Assembly (NCBI GenBank): GCA_963798915.1
Contig: CAWCVB010000002.1
Location: forward strand, 64,001 to 128,000
Direction of reading: 5' to 3'
Length of the DNA: 64,000 nt
Source of the DNA: an uncultured Gemmatimonadales bacterium
GTDB taxonomy: Bacteria > Gemmatimonadota > Gemmatimonadetes > Gemmatimonadales > GWC2-71-9
The notes below the pieces were generated by a model. That model was not told where the DNA came from. It searched no databases and saw nothing but the letters and a program-made list of their open reading frames with translations. Shown piece by piece: positions 48,017-58,073 of the stretch. Numbering within the stretch: position 1 is the stretch's first letter; each line of letters starts with the position of its first letter. The translations under genes and the position numbers were made by a program.

Positions 48017-48886
48017 TTAGCGGTAGGAACTTCCGGTCTTTCCGTCCTCCCGGCTTCCCGCCTGCTTGTTGCGCGAGACTTCGTCCAGGAACCGGCGCTC
48101 GGTGGGCGTGAGACTCGCGATTCCATTGGCGCTGATTTTGTCGAGCAGGCGGTCGAGCTCGGCGGTGGTGCTGTCGGGTTCGGGCCGGGTGCGGCTCCGG
48201 ACCGTGGCTGGTGGCGAGCGCCGGCCTCTCGCAGCCTCACGCGCGGCCGGCGGCACCCGCACCATCCGTTCAACCGGGCGCGGCTGGAACCCGGGCCCCT
48301 GGGAGGGTTGCAGGCGGAAGAACAGGAAACCGAAGATGGCCCCACCCACGTGTGCGATGTGGGCGATACCGTCACCCGGCGCCAGCAGCGAGAAGGTCAC
48401 GTCCAGCGCCACCAGGCCAATCACCAGCGTGCGGGCGCGGATCGGCACCGGAATCGGAAAGACAAAGAGGCGCGCGTCGGGCCAGTACAACGCGAATGCC
48501 ACCGCCAGGCCCAGAATGGCGCCGGATGCGCCGATGATGGGGCCCACCGGCATCACCAGGCTCAAGGCCCAGCAGAATGCTGCCGCGCCGATACCGCAAT
48601 AGAAGTAATAAAGCAGGAATTTCCGGCTGCCCATCCGCTCCTCGACCGGGCAGCCGAAGACGAACAGGCCGAGTGAATTGGCCAGCAGGTGGAGCAGGCC
48701 GCCGTGGACAAAGAGATAGGTGACGAGACCCCACGGCTGGGAGATCACGTGTGCGGGGTCGAACGCGAGCGCCAGGCTGATGCCGGGCGCCGTAAAGATG
48801 GTCTCCAGCAGGAGCAGCACCACGGCGTTGGCGGCAATCAGGCGGCCAACCCATGGGGTGATCCGGGGATACGACAGCAAGCTCAT
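48017..48886 (-). CDS. rhomboid family intramembrane serine protease with C-terminal extension
   Basis: HLLAN, GASG, HVGG; C-terminal LDRLLDKI...L. Confidence 0.92.
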   Translation of the reverse strand: MSLLSYPRITPWVGRLIAANAVVLLLLETIFTAPGISLALAFDPAHVISQPWGLVTYLFVHGGLLHLLANSLGLFVFGCPVEERMGSRKFLLYYFYCGIGAAAFCWALSLVMPVGPIIGASGAILGLAVAFALYWPDARLFVFPIPVPIRARTLVIGLVALDVTFSLLAPGDGIAHIAHVGGAIFGFLFFRLQPSQGPGFQPRPVERMVRVPPAAREAARGRRSPPATVRSRTRPEPDSTTAELDRLLDKISANGIASLTPTERRFLDEVSRNKQAGSREDGKTGSSYR

Positions 48887-48928
48887 GGGCGCGGGCGCCT
48901 TGCCTCTTTGGTGTCCGGCATGCCGCTA

Positions 48929-49936
48929 CTACTCAGCGGGCCGGCGTGCGGAGCGGCAGATCCGCTCACACAGCTCGGGAAATTCGATGCCGACCGCCGC
49001 CGCCGACTGCGGCATGAGGCTGGTGGCCGTCATGCCCGGCAACGTATTTACCTCTAAACAGAAGAGCCGGCCCTCGGGTGTCAAGCGAAAATCCACCCGG
49101 GAGTACCCCCCCAGCTTCAGGGCCTCGTGGGCCAGGACGCCGAGCCGGGCGCACTCGCGAGCCACCGGCTCCGGCAGGTCGGCTGGAAAGGTCTCCGTGG
49201 ACATGCCGGGCGTGTATTTGCACTCATAGTCGAAAATATCATGCCGGGGGACGATCTCACCGACGGCGAGCGCCCGTCCGTCAAGAATGCCCACCGTCAG
49301 CTCGCGACCCGGGATGAACTGCTCGACGATGACTTCGTCGTCGAACTGTCCTGCCAATGCGACAGCGGCCTCGAAGTCGTCAGGCCGCTGCACCACCGTG
49401 AGTCCCACCGTGGAGCCCTCCTTGGAGGGCTTGACCACCACAGGCCAGCCGAACTGCTGGCCAGCCCGGTTCACCGGCACTGGCGCCATGCACCAGTCAG
49501 GGGTCGGGACGCCGGCCTGGCGAAAGAGCCGCTTGGAGATGTCCTTGTCCATGGCCATGCCACTGCCCAGGCGACCGCTGCCGGTGTAGGGCACACCCAC
49601 CATTTCCAGCAATGTCTGCAGGGTCCCGTCCTCACCGTGGCCGCCGTGCAACGCCAGAAACAGGACCTCCGCATCGCGGACGGCCCGGAGCCCGGCCAGT
49701 CCCGAAAGGAGGAGGCCCCGCTCCAGGCTCCTGAGCCGCTCGAGCGACGGTGGCTCGGCACCCACCGCCGTGGCGAGCAGACCGGGCTCTTCCTGCTCCG
49801 GTACGTAGCCGAGGGCGGTATCCACCACGGCGACATCATGGCCCCGCGAGCGCAGTGCCGCGACGATCTGTCCGGCGGATGCCAGTGCCACATCGCGTTC
49901 GGAGGAGGTGCCGCCGGTCAATACGGTGATGTGCAT
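48929..49936 (-). CDS. ddl: D-alanine--D-alanine ligase
   Basis: GGTSSER, LHGGHGEDG, MDKD, EGST, YECKY, EVNTLPGMT. Confidence 0.95.
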   Translation of the reverse strand: MHITVLTGGTSSERDVALASAGQIVAALRSRGHDVAVVDTALGYVPEQEEPGLLATAVGAEPPSLERLRSLERGLLLSGLAGLRAVRDAEVLFLALHGGHGEDGTLQTLLEMVGVPYTGSGRLGSGMAMDKDISKRLFRQAGVPTPDWCMAPVPVNRAGQQFGWPVVVKPSKEGSTVGLTVVQRPDDFEAAVALAGQFDDEVIVEQFIPGRELTVGILDGRALAVGEIVPRHDIFDYECKYTPGMSTETFPADLPEPVARECARLGVLAHEALKLGGYSRVDFRLTPEGRLFCLEVNTLPGMTATSLMPQSAAAVGIEFPELCERICRSARRPAE

Positions 49937-50028
49937 GCAGCCCATGTATGTAACGTGAATTGAAGGGGCGACGCTTGCGTCGCCCGGGATCCCGGGAATG
50001 CGTCGCCCGGGAACGCGTCGCCCGCACG

Positions 50029-50535
50029 TCAGGCCCGAAGCATCCCCGTCCTCAGCATGCGTTCGATCGCCCGTTCGGGGTTCATCGCAATGTAACGCCG
50101 CACGTAACCCAAGGCTCGCTGGTTCGGAATGATGCGATCGTAATAGCCGCGCTGCCATACTGCGGCGCCGGATGTGCCTCGCAAGCGGTTGATCTGCCGT
50201 GCTGCGCATGATTTGAAGCCGCCAACCACCGCGCCAAGGGATGGTCGGCGTGCGACGACACCTTGGCTTGCATTCGTGAGAGTGACGATGCCATGGACAT
50301 GGTCAGGCATCACCACGAATTCATCAAGCTGGATTGCCTCGTGATGATTCAGCAGGTCATGCCACGCTGCCAGCGCGACTGCTCCCGGCTTGCTCAGATG
50401 CACGCCATCCGATTCGAGCCATCCAAAGATCGGCCGGCGTCGAGTGGTGCAGACAGTGATGAAATAGTGGCCTGGCGAGGTGTAGTCGTGTGATGCGTGC
50501 CGCATGTTGACACGACACGGGAGGTCGATAGGCAT
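50029..50535 (-). CDS. REP-associated tyrosine transposase (RAYT, Y1/HUH)
   Basis: DY..PG.YFITVCT, VMPDHVH (HUH), WQRGYYDRII, YIAMNP (catalytic Tyr). Confidence 0.9.
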   Translation of the reverse strand: MPIDLPCRVNMRHASHDYTSPGHYFITVCTTRRRPIFGWLESDGVHLSKPGAVALAAWHDLLNHHEAIQLDEFVVMPDHVHGIVTLTNASQGVVARRPSLGAVVGGFKSCAARQINRLRGTSGAAVWQRGYYDRIIPNQRALGYVRRYIAMNPERAIERMLRTGMLRA

Positions 50536-50709
50536 GGCGGTTTCCCGAAACAGGGTGTCGGGGAACGGTGCCATAGCGGGTGGCCGAGATCTTCACCGTC
50601 TTGACGCGTGAGTAAACGATTCCACGCGCATCGGGTCCGGCGGCCGTGCGTGGGGTGACGGGATACTGCACAGGCGCCGGGTGACGGCGAAACCAACGGA
50701 CGGGCGTCG

Positions 50710-50957
50710 GGCGTCGGGCGACGAGGTACGGGACTGGCGTCGGGCGACGGGGTACGGGACTGGCGTCGGGCGACGGGGTACGGGACTGGCGTCGGGCGAC
50801 GGGGTACGGGACTGGCGTCGGGCGACGGGGTACGGGACTGGCGTCGGGCGACGGGGTACGGGACTGGCGTCGGGCGACGGGGTACGGGACTGGCGTCGGG
50901 CGACGGGGTACGGGACTGGCGTCGGGCGACGGGGTACGGGACTGGCGTCGGGCGACG
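50710..50957. repeat. 26-bp tandem array, 9 full units plus a partial unit
   Basis: GGCGTCGGGCGACGGGGTACGGGACT x9 (first unit has one G>A), running into the terminal REP. Confidence 0.95.
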
Positions 50958-50969
50958 CAAGCGTCGCCC

Positions 50970-52355
50970 CTACCGCCCAATCATCCGCTGCAACAGGTCA
51001 TATCGGCTCACGATCCCGACCGGCTTGCCATCACGGACCACCAGCACGGCCGGACTCTCGCGGGTCAGCGCCGCAGCAAGGCGATCCACCGGAAATTCGG
51101 GGTCGACTTCGGGGAAGGGTCCTTCCATCACTTCCTTGACCGGACGATCGAGCAGGGCGGGCTGCGAGAGCGCCCGGGTCATGAGCGAATTCTCGATCAG
51201 GCCGCCCACGCAACGCTCGTCCTCCATGACCGGAACCTGGCTCACGCCATACGATGCCATCAGGTTGAGCGCCTGGCGCACGGCAGCGTTGGGCGCGACC
51301 TGCACCAGTGCCGGCGACCCGTCGCGCCGGGCGCCGATGACGTCCGCCACGGTAACGGGCGTTCGGTCCAGCATCTGGTTCTCTTCCATCCAGTCATCGT
51401 TGAACAACTTGGACAGGTACCGTTCGCCGGTGTCGCAGAGAATGGTTACGATGCAGGCCTCCGGATCATCCAGCTCCTGCGCAAGGTCCAGCGCCAGCGC
51501 CACATTGAGCCCGGTGGATCCACCAACCAGGATGCCCTCTTCCCGCGCGATCCGGCGCGCCATGAGCATGGCGGTGCGGTCCGGCAACTGGCGCCACTCA
51601 TCGATCTGGTCAAACCACACGGTCGTCGGGATCTTGTCGCCGCCGATCCCCTCGACCTTGTAGGGATGGCCCACGCCCATGACACCGGTCTCGGCAAAGC
51701 CAGCATAGAGCGAGCCCACCGGATCGCCCGCAATCACGCGGACGGCCGGGTTCTTTTCCTTCAGGTATTTCCCGGTGCCACTCACCGTCCCGCCAGTGCC
51801 GGCACCAGCCACAAAGTGGGTCACCCTGCCGCCCGTCTGCTGCCAGATCTCGGGCCCGGTGGTGCGATAGTGCGATTCGGGATTGACCTGATTGTAGAAC
51901 TGGTTGGCGAGAACGGCGCCAGGCGTGTCGTGAACGATCTGCTTGGCCTTCATCACGTAATTGTCGGGATGATCGGGCGGGACCGCGGTGGGCGTGACCA
52001 CCACGTCGGCGCCGTACGCCTTGAGCAGTCGCACCTTTTCCTGCGACATCTTGTCAGGCATGGTAAAGATGCAGCGATATCCCTTGAGCGCTGCGGCAAC
52101 GGCCAGCCCCACCCCCGTATTGCCGCTGGTGCCCTCGACGACCGTCCCGCCCGGCTTGAGTTCGCCAGCGCGCTCGGCGGCTTCGATAATGGCAAGGCCG
52201 ATCCGGTCCTTGACCGAGCCGCCGGGGTTCACGTATTCCGCCTTGCCGAAGATCGGCGTGCGCAGGCCCGCCCCGACTCGCCCGAGCCGGATCAGCGGTG
52301 TCCAGCCGATGGTGTCGAGCACGGACTCGTAGGGAGCGGGGTGCGGCGCGGTCAT
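50970..52355 (-). CDS. cystathionine beta-synthase (PLP domain plus CBS domains)
   Basis: NPGGSVKDR, TSGNTG, GTGGT, ERYLSK; C-terminal CBS pair. Confidence 0.92.
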   Translation of the reverse strand: MTAPHPAPYESVLDTIGWTPLIRLGRVGAGLRTPIFGKAEYVNPGGSVKDRIGLAIIEAAERAGELKPGGTVVEGTSGNTGVGLAVAAALKGYRCIFTMPDKMSQEKVRLLKAYGADVVVTPTAVPPDHPDNYVMKAKQIVHDTPGAVLANQFYNQVNPESHYRTTGPEIWQQTGGRVTHFVAGAGTGGTVSGTGKYLKEKNPAVRVIAGDPVGSLYAGFAETGVMGVGHPYKVEGIGGDKIPTTVWFDQIDEWRQLPDRTAMLMARRIAREEGILVGGSTGLNVALALDLAQELDDPEACIVTILCDTGERYLSKLFNDDWMEENQMLDRTPVTVADVIGARRDGSPALVQVAPNAAVRQALNLMASYGVSQVPVMEDERCVGGLIENSLMTRALSQPALLDRPVKEVMEGPFPEVDPEFPVDRLAAALTRESPAVLVVRDGKPVGIVSRYDLLQRMIGR

Positions 52356-52759
52356 GGAATTTCCTGGCTTCCAGGATTGCGGAAGTGAACCGGCTGGATG
52401 AAGGCACCCGCCACGGGAGCACCCCGAAGCAGTGCTGGCGCGAACTGGAGCCGGCGTCCTCCCGCCAACGCGGCCGAATCAAGGGCCGGGTAGCCGCTCG
52501 ACTCGGCGATTCGGGTGGAGTCAGCGTCGAGCCGGCCGGTGGAATCAGCGAAGAGCCGAAGCAGGACAGTTCCCTCGATGCCCTGCTGAGCCAGCGCGGC
52601 GGGGTAGAGCACCGGGGACACGGCATTGATGGCCACTGGCGGCTCGTCGCCCCGCTCCACGACCGGCTGGGCCGCGGCTGGCAGCGCTGCCGCCCCGTCC
52701 TGGCGCGAACGGCAGGCGGCAACAGCAAGCAGCAGGAGCAGGACGGTGGATCGGCGCAT
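52352..52759 (-). CDS. TonB C-terminal domain lipoprotein
   Basis: Lipobox VAAC; YPAALAQQGIEGTV, ESSGYPALDSAA. Confidence 0.85.
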   Translation of the reverse strand: MRRSTVLLLLLAVAACRSRQDGAAALPAAAQPVVERGDEPPVAINAVSPVLYPAALAQQGIEGTVLLRLFADSTGRLDADSTRIAESSGYPALDSAALAGGRRLQFAPALLRGAPVAGAFIQPVHFRNPGSQEIP

Positions 52760-52855
52760 GGCGAAAGCTAGCCAGGACGGGCAGGGCGGGCGAGACGGGC
52801 AGGGCGGATGAGAAGTGAGTTTGCTTCGGTGCTCACAGCTCACAGCTCACAGCGC

Positions 52856-54028
52856 TCAGCTCACAGCGCTCAGCTTCCCCACCACCCTCTCCAGCTCATC
52901 CGCCCCACTCACCGTCCCTTGCGCCGCTCTCGCTGACCCACCGCCGCGGCCGCCAACGTCAGTCAGTGCTGCCTTGAGAACCGCGCCGGCATTCCATCCC
53001 GATTCTGGCCCCGCGGCAACGAAGATGGTCGTGGGCTCGGTCTGTGTGGCCACGAAGCGCACGCCTGCGATGCCGCCCATCGCCTGCGAAATGGCGCGGA
53101 GTTCCTCCGCCGAGTAGTCGTGCGACAGGAGTGTAATGCGCCGGACGCCGCCGGCATCCGGTTCGACCCCTTCGGCCAGCGCCCTGGCACGTGAAATCGC
53201 CACTTCCGCACTGAGCTTTCTCAATGTGGAGCGTGCGTCCCTGAGCTGAGCGGCGAGTTGCTCGATGGCCTGGGGAACCTCGCCCTTGGGTGCACTCAGC
53301 GCGCTCGACGCCGCGCCCAGCAGCGACTCGTTCGCCCTCGCATGCGTGATGGCGCGCCAGCCGGCCACGAACGACACCCGCGCCGTTCCTTTCACCCGTT
53401 CCGCGCCGAGCACCAGTATCGGGCCGATCTCTCCAGTATGGCGAACGTGGGTGCCGCCGCATGCGCTCCGGTCCAGGTTGTCGATCGCAATGATGCGGAG
53501 CGTTCCGGTGCGCCTGGAGGCCTTCCGCAGCCCCGCCACCTCATCAGCCGCTTCAAAGGAGACCGTGACCGGCCGGTCTTCCATGACGATCTCGTTGGCG
53601 CGCCGCTCGACAGTTGCCAGCTGCTTCTCGCTCATCATCTCGCAATCGAGATCCACGGTGCTGGTCTCGTCGCCGAAATGCACGCTGGTGGTGTGAGCGC
53701 CGAGCAGGGCCTCGAGGAGGGCGGATAACAGGTGCTGGGCGGTGTGCTGCTGGATGTGATCGAGCCGCCGGGGCCAGTGCACCACGCCCTCGACCTCTGT
53801 GGCGCTCGTAAGCGGTTCGGCGAGCAGGTGGGCAATGCGTTCGCCCTCGTCCACCACATCCAGGACGCCGACGCCGCCAAGCATGCCAAGGTCATGCGGC
53901 TGGCCGCCGGACGTCGGATAGAATGCAGTGCGATCCAGGTAGACTCGCCGACCGCCTTCGGCGCGTTCGATGACCCGGGCAGTGAACGTGGTAAGAAACG
54001 AATCAGTGTAGTACAGCCGCTCGGTCAC
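52856..54028 (-). CDS. alanyl-tRNA editing protein (AlaX-L, with DHHA1)
   Basis: FYPTSGGQP.D.G, QQHTAQH, CGGTH, GGRGGG. Confidence 0.9.
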   Translation of the reverse strand: MTERLYYTDSFLTTFTARVIERAEGGRRVYLDRTAFYPTSGGQPHDLGMLGGVGVLDVVDEGERIAHLLAEPLTSATEVEGVVHWPRRLDHIQQHTAQHLLSALLEALLGAHTTSVHFGDETSTVDLDCEMMSEKQLATVERRANEIVMEDRPVTVSFEAADEVAGLRKASRRTGTLRIIAIDNLDRSACGGTHVRHTGEIGPILVLGAERVKGTARVSFVAGWRAITHARANESLLGAASSALSAPKGEVPQAIEQLAAQLRDARSTLRKLSAEVAISRARALAEGVEPDAGGVRRITLLSHDYSAEELRAISQAMGGIAGVRFVATQTEPTTIFVAAGPESGWNAGAVLKAALTDVGGRGGGSARAAQGTVSGADELERVVGKLSAVS

Positions 54029-55248
54029 GGCGTGGTACCGTGCTCCACCGCGTACGCCACCACGTGATCAACGCCGTCCGGGTCAGTCCACACGCCAAGG
54101 ATCTCGTGCTGGGCGATCTGTGTGGGCATGAAACCTGGCGGCAGCGTGACCGTGCCCTGCCAGCGTCCGTCAGCAAGGAAGACTTTCCAATCGGTGGCGC
54201 CCGCGTGCCCCGCCGGGACAAAGTCTTCGACCCAGATGGTGCTGTCGTCGGCAATACGGAAGGTGGAGTAGGGCGGCACGAACGCGGGCAATTCGACCTT
54301 GGAAAGTGCCTCGCGGTACGCCTGTGCGAACGCCATCGGAAGCCGGTTGCCGGAGAACGACCGGCGCAGACTGTCGATCATCTGCCGTGCGCTGGCCGAA
54401 TCAAGCGGAGTGCGTTCCTGTTGCAGCCGGATGCTGGTGATGAGCCGTCCCTGGAAATCGAGCCCATCCAGGCGGTAGGTGTCGGCAGTGCCCACCAGCA
54501 GCGTGCCATCATGGGCCCGAATGGTAGTGGTGCGGCCGAACGGGGAGGGCAGGACGCCGAGGAAGCCCTCCGTGGCGGCAATGAGGACGTCGCTGCCGGG
54601 GAGCGAGGCGATGAGCGTGTCGGAGGCGGCATCGGATTGGACCATCCAGATCCAGGTACTGTCGCGCCGAGGCCCGCTCGGTTCGCCGGTGGTGTGCTCG
54701 GTGGTGGCCAAGGCGATCCATTGGCCGGTCGAGAGCCGGCCGATTGGTGCAACGGACAAGGGTGCCTTCCTGTCCGCGCTGAAATTGATCAGGCGGGCAA
54801 ACCTGCCGGTGTCGTCAAAGAGCGAAAGCCGGCGCAGCTGGGAATCATAGACCGCAATGGAATCGCCGACTTCCAGCAGGCGCGACATCCAGCGGAACTC
54901 GCCGGGCCCTTCGCCGTCGCCGCCCTCGCTGGTGAGCAGTGTCCCGTCGGGCGAAAACCAGCGAAGCGCATGGGCCCCCCGATCAGCCACCACGACGCGC
55001 CCATCACGAAGCCGGAACGCGCCCGCGACCGGGCCCACGATCTGCGAGGTGTCGGCCACGCCGCCGCCGATCTGCAGGGTCGGCTGGCCGGTCACCTTCC
55101 ACTCTGATCCCGGCGCCCACGCCGGCACGCGATTGGTGACGATATGCACACCCGAACTGTCGCTGGCGGCAACTGGCTCCGCCGGCTTCTCCTTGCCGCA
55201 GGCGGCGACCGTCACGATCGCGATCATGGGTGCGAGGATTCGACGCAT
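54025..55248 (-). CDS. 6-bladed beta-propeller lipoprotein
   Basis: Lipobox VAAC; GGDGEGPGEF. Confidence 0.8.
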   Translation of the reverse strand: MRRILAPMIAIVTVAACGKEKPAEPVAASDSSGVHIVTNRVPAWAPGSEWKVTGQPTLQIGGGVADTSQIVGPVAGAFRLRDGRVVVADRGAHALRWFSPDGTLLTSEGGDGEGPGEFRWMSRLLEVGDSIAVYDSQLRRLSLFDDTGRFARLINFSADRKAPLSVAPIGRLSTGQWIALATTEHTTGEPSGPRRDSTWIWMVQSDAASDTLIASLPGSDVLIAATEGFLGVLPSPFGRTTTIRAHDGTLLVGTADTYRLDGLDFQGRLITSIRLQQERTPLDSASARQMIDSLRRSFSGNRLPMAFAQAYREALSKVELPAFVPPYSTFRIADDSTIWVEDFVPAGHAGATDWKVFLADGRWQGTVTLPPGFMPTQIAQHEILGVWTDPDGVDHVVAYAVEHGTTP

Positions 55249-55260
55249 CGGAACTCCTTT

Positions 55261-55480
55261 GGGCGGCTCGGCGGCTCGGCGGCTCGGCGGCTCGGCGGCT
55301 CGAGGGTCGAGGGTCGAGAAGTGTGTCATCCCGAGGCCGCGTAGCGGCTGTAGGGATCTACTCGCCCGTGTCCCGACGCTGGCCAGTAGATCCCTCGCTC
55401 TGCTCGGGATGACAATTCGCTAATTTCGGCATTCTTCCCGTCTTCCCGTCTTCCCGTCTTCCCGTCTTCCCGTCTTCCCG
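55261..55480. repeat. octamer/heptamer STR - family C palindrome - (TCTTCCCG)x6
   Basis: GGCGGCTC and GGGTCGA units; core TGTCATCCCGAG...GGGATCTAC...GTAGATCCC...CTCGGGATGACA 55324-55414; six TCTTCCCG units 55433-55480. Confidence 0.9.
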
Positions 55481-55484
55481 TGCC

Positions 55485-58073
55485 TCACCCCTGACGCCCC
55501 CTCTCCGCTTTCCGCTGCAACTCCGCCAGCCGGTTCAACGCCTCGAGCGGCGTGAGTTGATTCAGATCCAGGCCCCGCAGGTCATCCATCACCGGATCGG
55601 AGGGCGGGACGAAAAGGGCAAGCTGACCCGGGTCACGTGCTGGCGGCGGAGTGCCCGGTACGACCCGATGATCCCCTTCGAGTGTGCCCAGCACTTCGCG
55701 CGCCCGGCCGATTACACCCTCGGGAAGGCCGGCCAGCTGGGCCACGTGAATGCCATACGACCGGTCCGTCCCACCCGGCTGGAGCCGATGGAGGAAGACC
55801 ACCGTGCCGCCACTCTCCTGCACCACCACGTTGCAGTTGCGTGCGTGCGCCAGTCGCTCGGGCAGCTGCATCAATTCATGATAATGCGTGGCGAACATGG
55901 TTTTGCAGCCGATCGAGTCGTGCAGGTATTCGGTGACCGCCCAGGCAATGGCCACGCCATCGTAGGTGGACGTGCCCCGGCCGATCTCATCCAGGAGGAC
56001 CAGGCTCCGCGGCGTGGCGTTATGCAGGATGGCGCTGGTCTCGCTCATCTCCACCATGAAGGTGCTCTGGCCCTGGCTCAGATTGTCGCTCGCACCCACC
56101 CGAGTGAACAGTCGGTCCACCACGCCGATCTCGGCGCGTTCCGCGGGCACGAAGCTGCCCATTTGCGCCAGCACCACGCAGAGCCCGATCTGGCGCAGGA
56201 TGGTGCTCTTGCCGGCCATGTTCGGCCCGGTCACGAGCAGGACTCGCTCCGCCTCGTCGAAGTGCACATCGTTGGGCATGAAGCGCTCGCGCGGCATGAG
56301 CCGCTCGATCACCGGGTGCCGACTCTGCGTGAGCCGGAGCCCAAACCCGTCGCTGATCACCGGCCGCTGGTACCCATGCCGCATCGCCTGATCAGCGAGC
56401 GCACCAAGCACATCGAGTGTGGCCAGCGCGCCGGCGGACGCCTGCAGGCGGCCCACGAGCGCACCCGCGGCGGCCCGAAGCTGGGCAAAGAGGTCTCCCT
56501 CGCGCACCAGCAGCCGTTCCTCGGCGCCGAGCACCTTGGCCTCGTACTCCTTGAGCTCGGGCGTGGTGTAGCGCTCGGCGCCGGAGAGTGTCTGCCGGCG
56601 GTCGTAGTCGTCCGGCACCCGCCCGATGTGCGCATGGGTCACCTCGAGGTAGTAGCCGAACACCTTGTTGAAACCCACCTTGAGCGACCCGATGCCGGTG
56701 CGTTCGCGCTCGCGCTGCTGCAAGGTCGCGATGTAACGGCGGCCCCCATCGCGGAGGTCACGCAACTCGTCCAGCTCAGCGTCGAAGCCTGGCCGGATGA
56801 TTCCTCCATCGCTCAGCAGTGCTGGCGGGCGCTCGGTCAGCGCGCTGGAGAGCTGGCCACCCAGATCGCCGTGGAGGTCAAAATTCTGCTCCAGCGCGGC
56901 AAGCCGGGCACTCGCCTCACGATTGCCCACGGTGCGCAACGCATCCAGCACGTCCGGCAGCCGCGCCAGTGAGTCGCGAAGCGCTGCCATCTCGCGCGGG
57001 GTCGCGCGGCCCGCCGCCGCCCGCCCGCCCAGCCGCTCCAGATCGCGGACGCCATCCAGCGCATCCCGTAGCCGCTCGCGTCCCCGGTGATCGGCGGCGA
57101 GCACACCCACCGCATCGAGCCGGGCGTTGATCTCGCCGGGGGACGACAGCGGGGAGAGCACCCATTGGCGCATGAGCCGAGCGCCCATCGGCGTCACTGT
57201 ACAGTCCAGTGCCTCGAGCAGTGTGGCACCGCGTGCCCCGGCGCGCAGCGGCTCCACCAGTTCAAGATTCCGGCGGGTCATCTCGTCGAGCCAGAGAAAG
57301 GCGTTGCTTCGGCGGATGACGGGCCGGGTCAGGTGAGGGAGCCCGCCCGGCTGAAGTTCGGTGAGATAGCGCAACAGGGCACCGGCGGCCCCGACGGCGG
57401 CGTCGTCGCCGGCGCCAACTCCCAGGCCATCGAGCGATGCCAGAGTGAACCGGCGGCAGAGGTCATCGCGACCCAGGTCAGGATCAAACTCCCATGCCTC
57501 GCGCGGCGTCCGCATGACGGTCTCGTCCACGGGGATCCGGGCGTCGGCCGCCGCGACGATCTCGCGGGGCGACAGGCGGGCCAGCGCTTCGGCCACGCCA
57601 TCGGCACCGATGGTCTCGAGCAGGAACTCCCCGGTGGAAATGTCCACCGCTGCGAGCCCGCACATGGGCCCGAGACAGAGCCCGACGAGGTAATTGTTGC
57701 GGCTGCCCGGCAACCAGCCATCCTGCAGCATGGCGCCGGGCGTCACGGTCTCCACGACTTCCCGCCGGACAATGCCCTTGGCGAGCTTGGGGTCTTCCAC
57801 CTGCTCGCAGATGGCGACGCGGTGGCCGGCACCAACCAGCTGGCGCAGATATTCGGCAGCGGCCTTGACCGGCACGCCGGCCAGCGGCACGCCGTCGCCG
57901 CGCGCCGTCAGGGTGATGTCGAGCACCCGGGCGCCAAGCTCGGCGTCCTCGAAGAACATTTCGTAGAAATCGCCCATGCGAAAAAAGAGGATCGCGTCCT
58001 GATGGCGAGCCTTGATTTCGCGATACTGCTGCATGAGCGGGGTGCCGGCCATGCGGTGGGTACTACCGGTCAC
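55485..58073 (-). CDS. mutS: DNA mismatch repair protein MutS
   Basis: TPLMQQY, GDFYEMF, TGPNMAGKST, STFMVEM, DEIGRGT; start GTG 58073 or ATG 58052. Confidence 0.98.
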   Translation of the reverse strand: MTGSTHRMAGTPLMQQYREIKARHQDAILFFRMGDFYEMFFEDAELGARVLDITLTARGDGVPLAGVPVKAAAEYLRQLVGAGHRVAICEQVEDPKLAKGIVRREVVETVTPGAMLQDGWLPGSRNNYLVGLCLGPMCGLAAVDISTGEFLLETIGADGVAEALARLSPREIVAAADARIPVDETVMRTPREAWEFDPDLGRDDLCRRFTLASLDGLGVGAGDDAAVGAAGALLRYLTELQPGGLPHLTRPVIRRSNAFLWLDEMTRRNLELVEPLRAGARGATLLEALDCTVTPMGARLMRQWVLSPLSSPGEINARLDAVGVLAADHRGRERLRDALDGVRDLERLGGRAAAGRATPREMAALRDSLARLPDVLDALRTVGNREASARLAALEQNFDLHGDLGGQLSSALTERPPALLSDGGIIRPGFDAELDELRDLRDGGRRYIATLQQRERERTGIGSLKVGFNKVFGYYLEVTHAHIGRVPDDYDRRQTLSGAERYTTPELKEYEAKVLGAEERLLVREGDLFAQLRAAAGALVGRLQASAGALATLDVLGALADQAMRHGYQRPVISDGFGLRLTQSRHPVIERLMPRERFMPNDVHFDEAERVLLVTGPNMAGKSTILRQIGLCVVLAQMGSFVPAERAEIGVVDRLFTRVGASDNLSQGQSTFMVEMSETSAILHNATPRSLVLLDEIGRGTSTYDGVAIAWAVTEYLHDSIGCKTMFATHYHELMQLPERLAHARNCNVVVQESGGTVVFLHRLQPGGTDRSYGIHVAQLAGLPEGVIGRAREVLGTLEGDHRVVPGTPPPARDPGQLALFVPPSDPVMDDLRGLDLNQLTPLEALNRLAELQRKAERGRQG

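Larger units (their letters stand above)
49964..50971. mobile_element. RAYT cassette bounded by 23-bp inverted REPs
   Basis: AGGGGCGACGCTTGCGTCGCCCG at 49964-49986 and its exact reverse complement at 50949-50971. Confidence 0.85.

Noticed and set aside
50029..50535. IS200/IS605 element with TnpB or IscB
   Set aside because: There is no RuvC-type accessory gene; the motifs and GTAG-REP flanks fit a RAYT.
50710..50957. CRISPR array
   Set aside because: Units are head-to-tail identical with no unique spacers, and there are no cas genes in the window.
50357..51139. ORFs 50357-50980, 50394-50960 and 50681-51139 with 26-aa repeats
   Set aside because: They are translations of the stop-free 26-bp DNA array, with no protein-like features.
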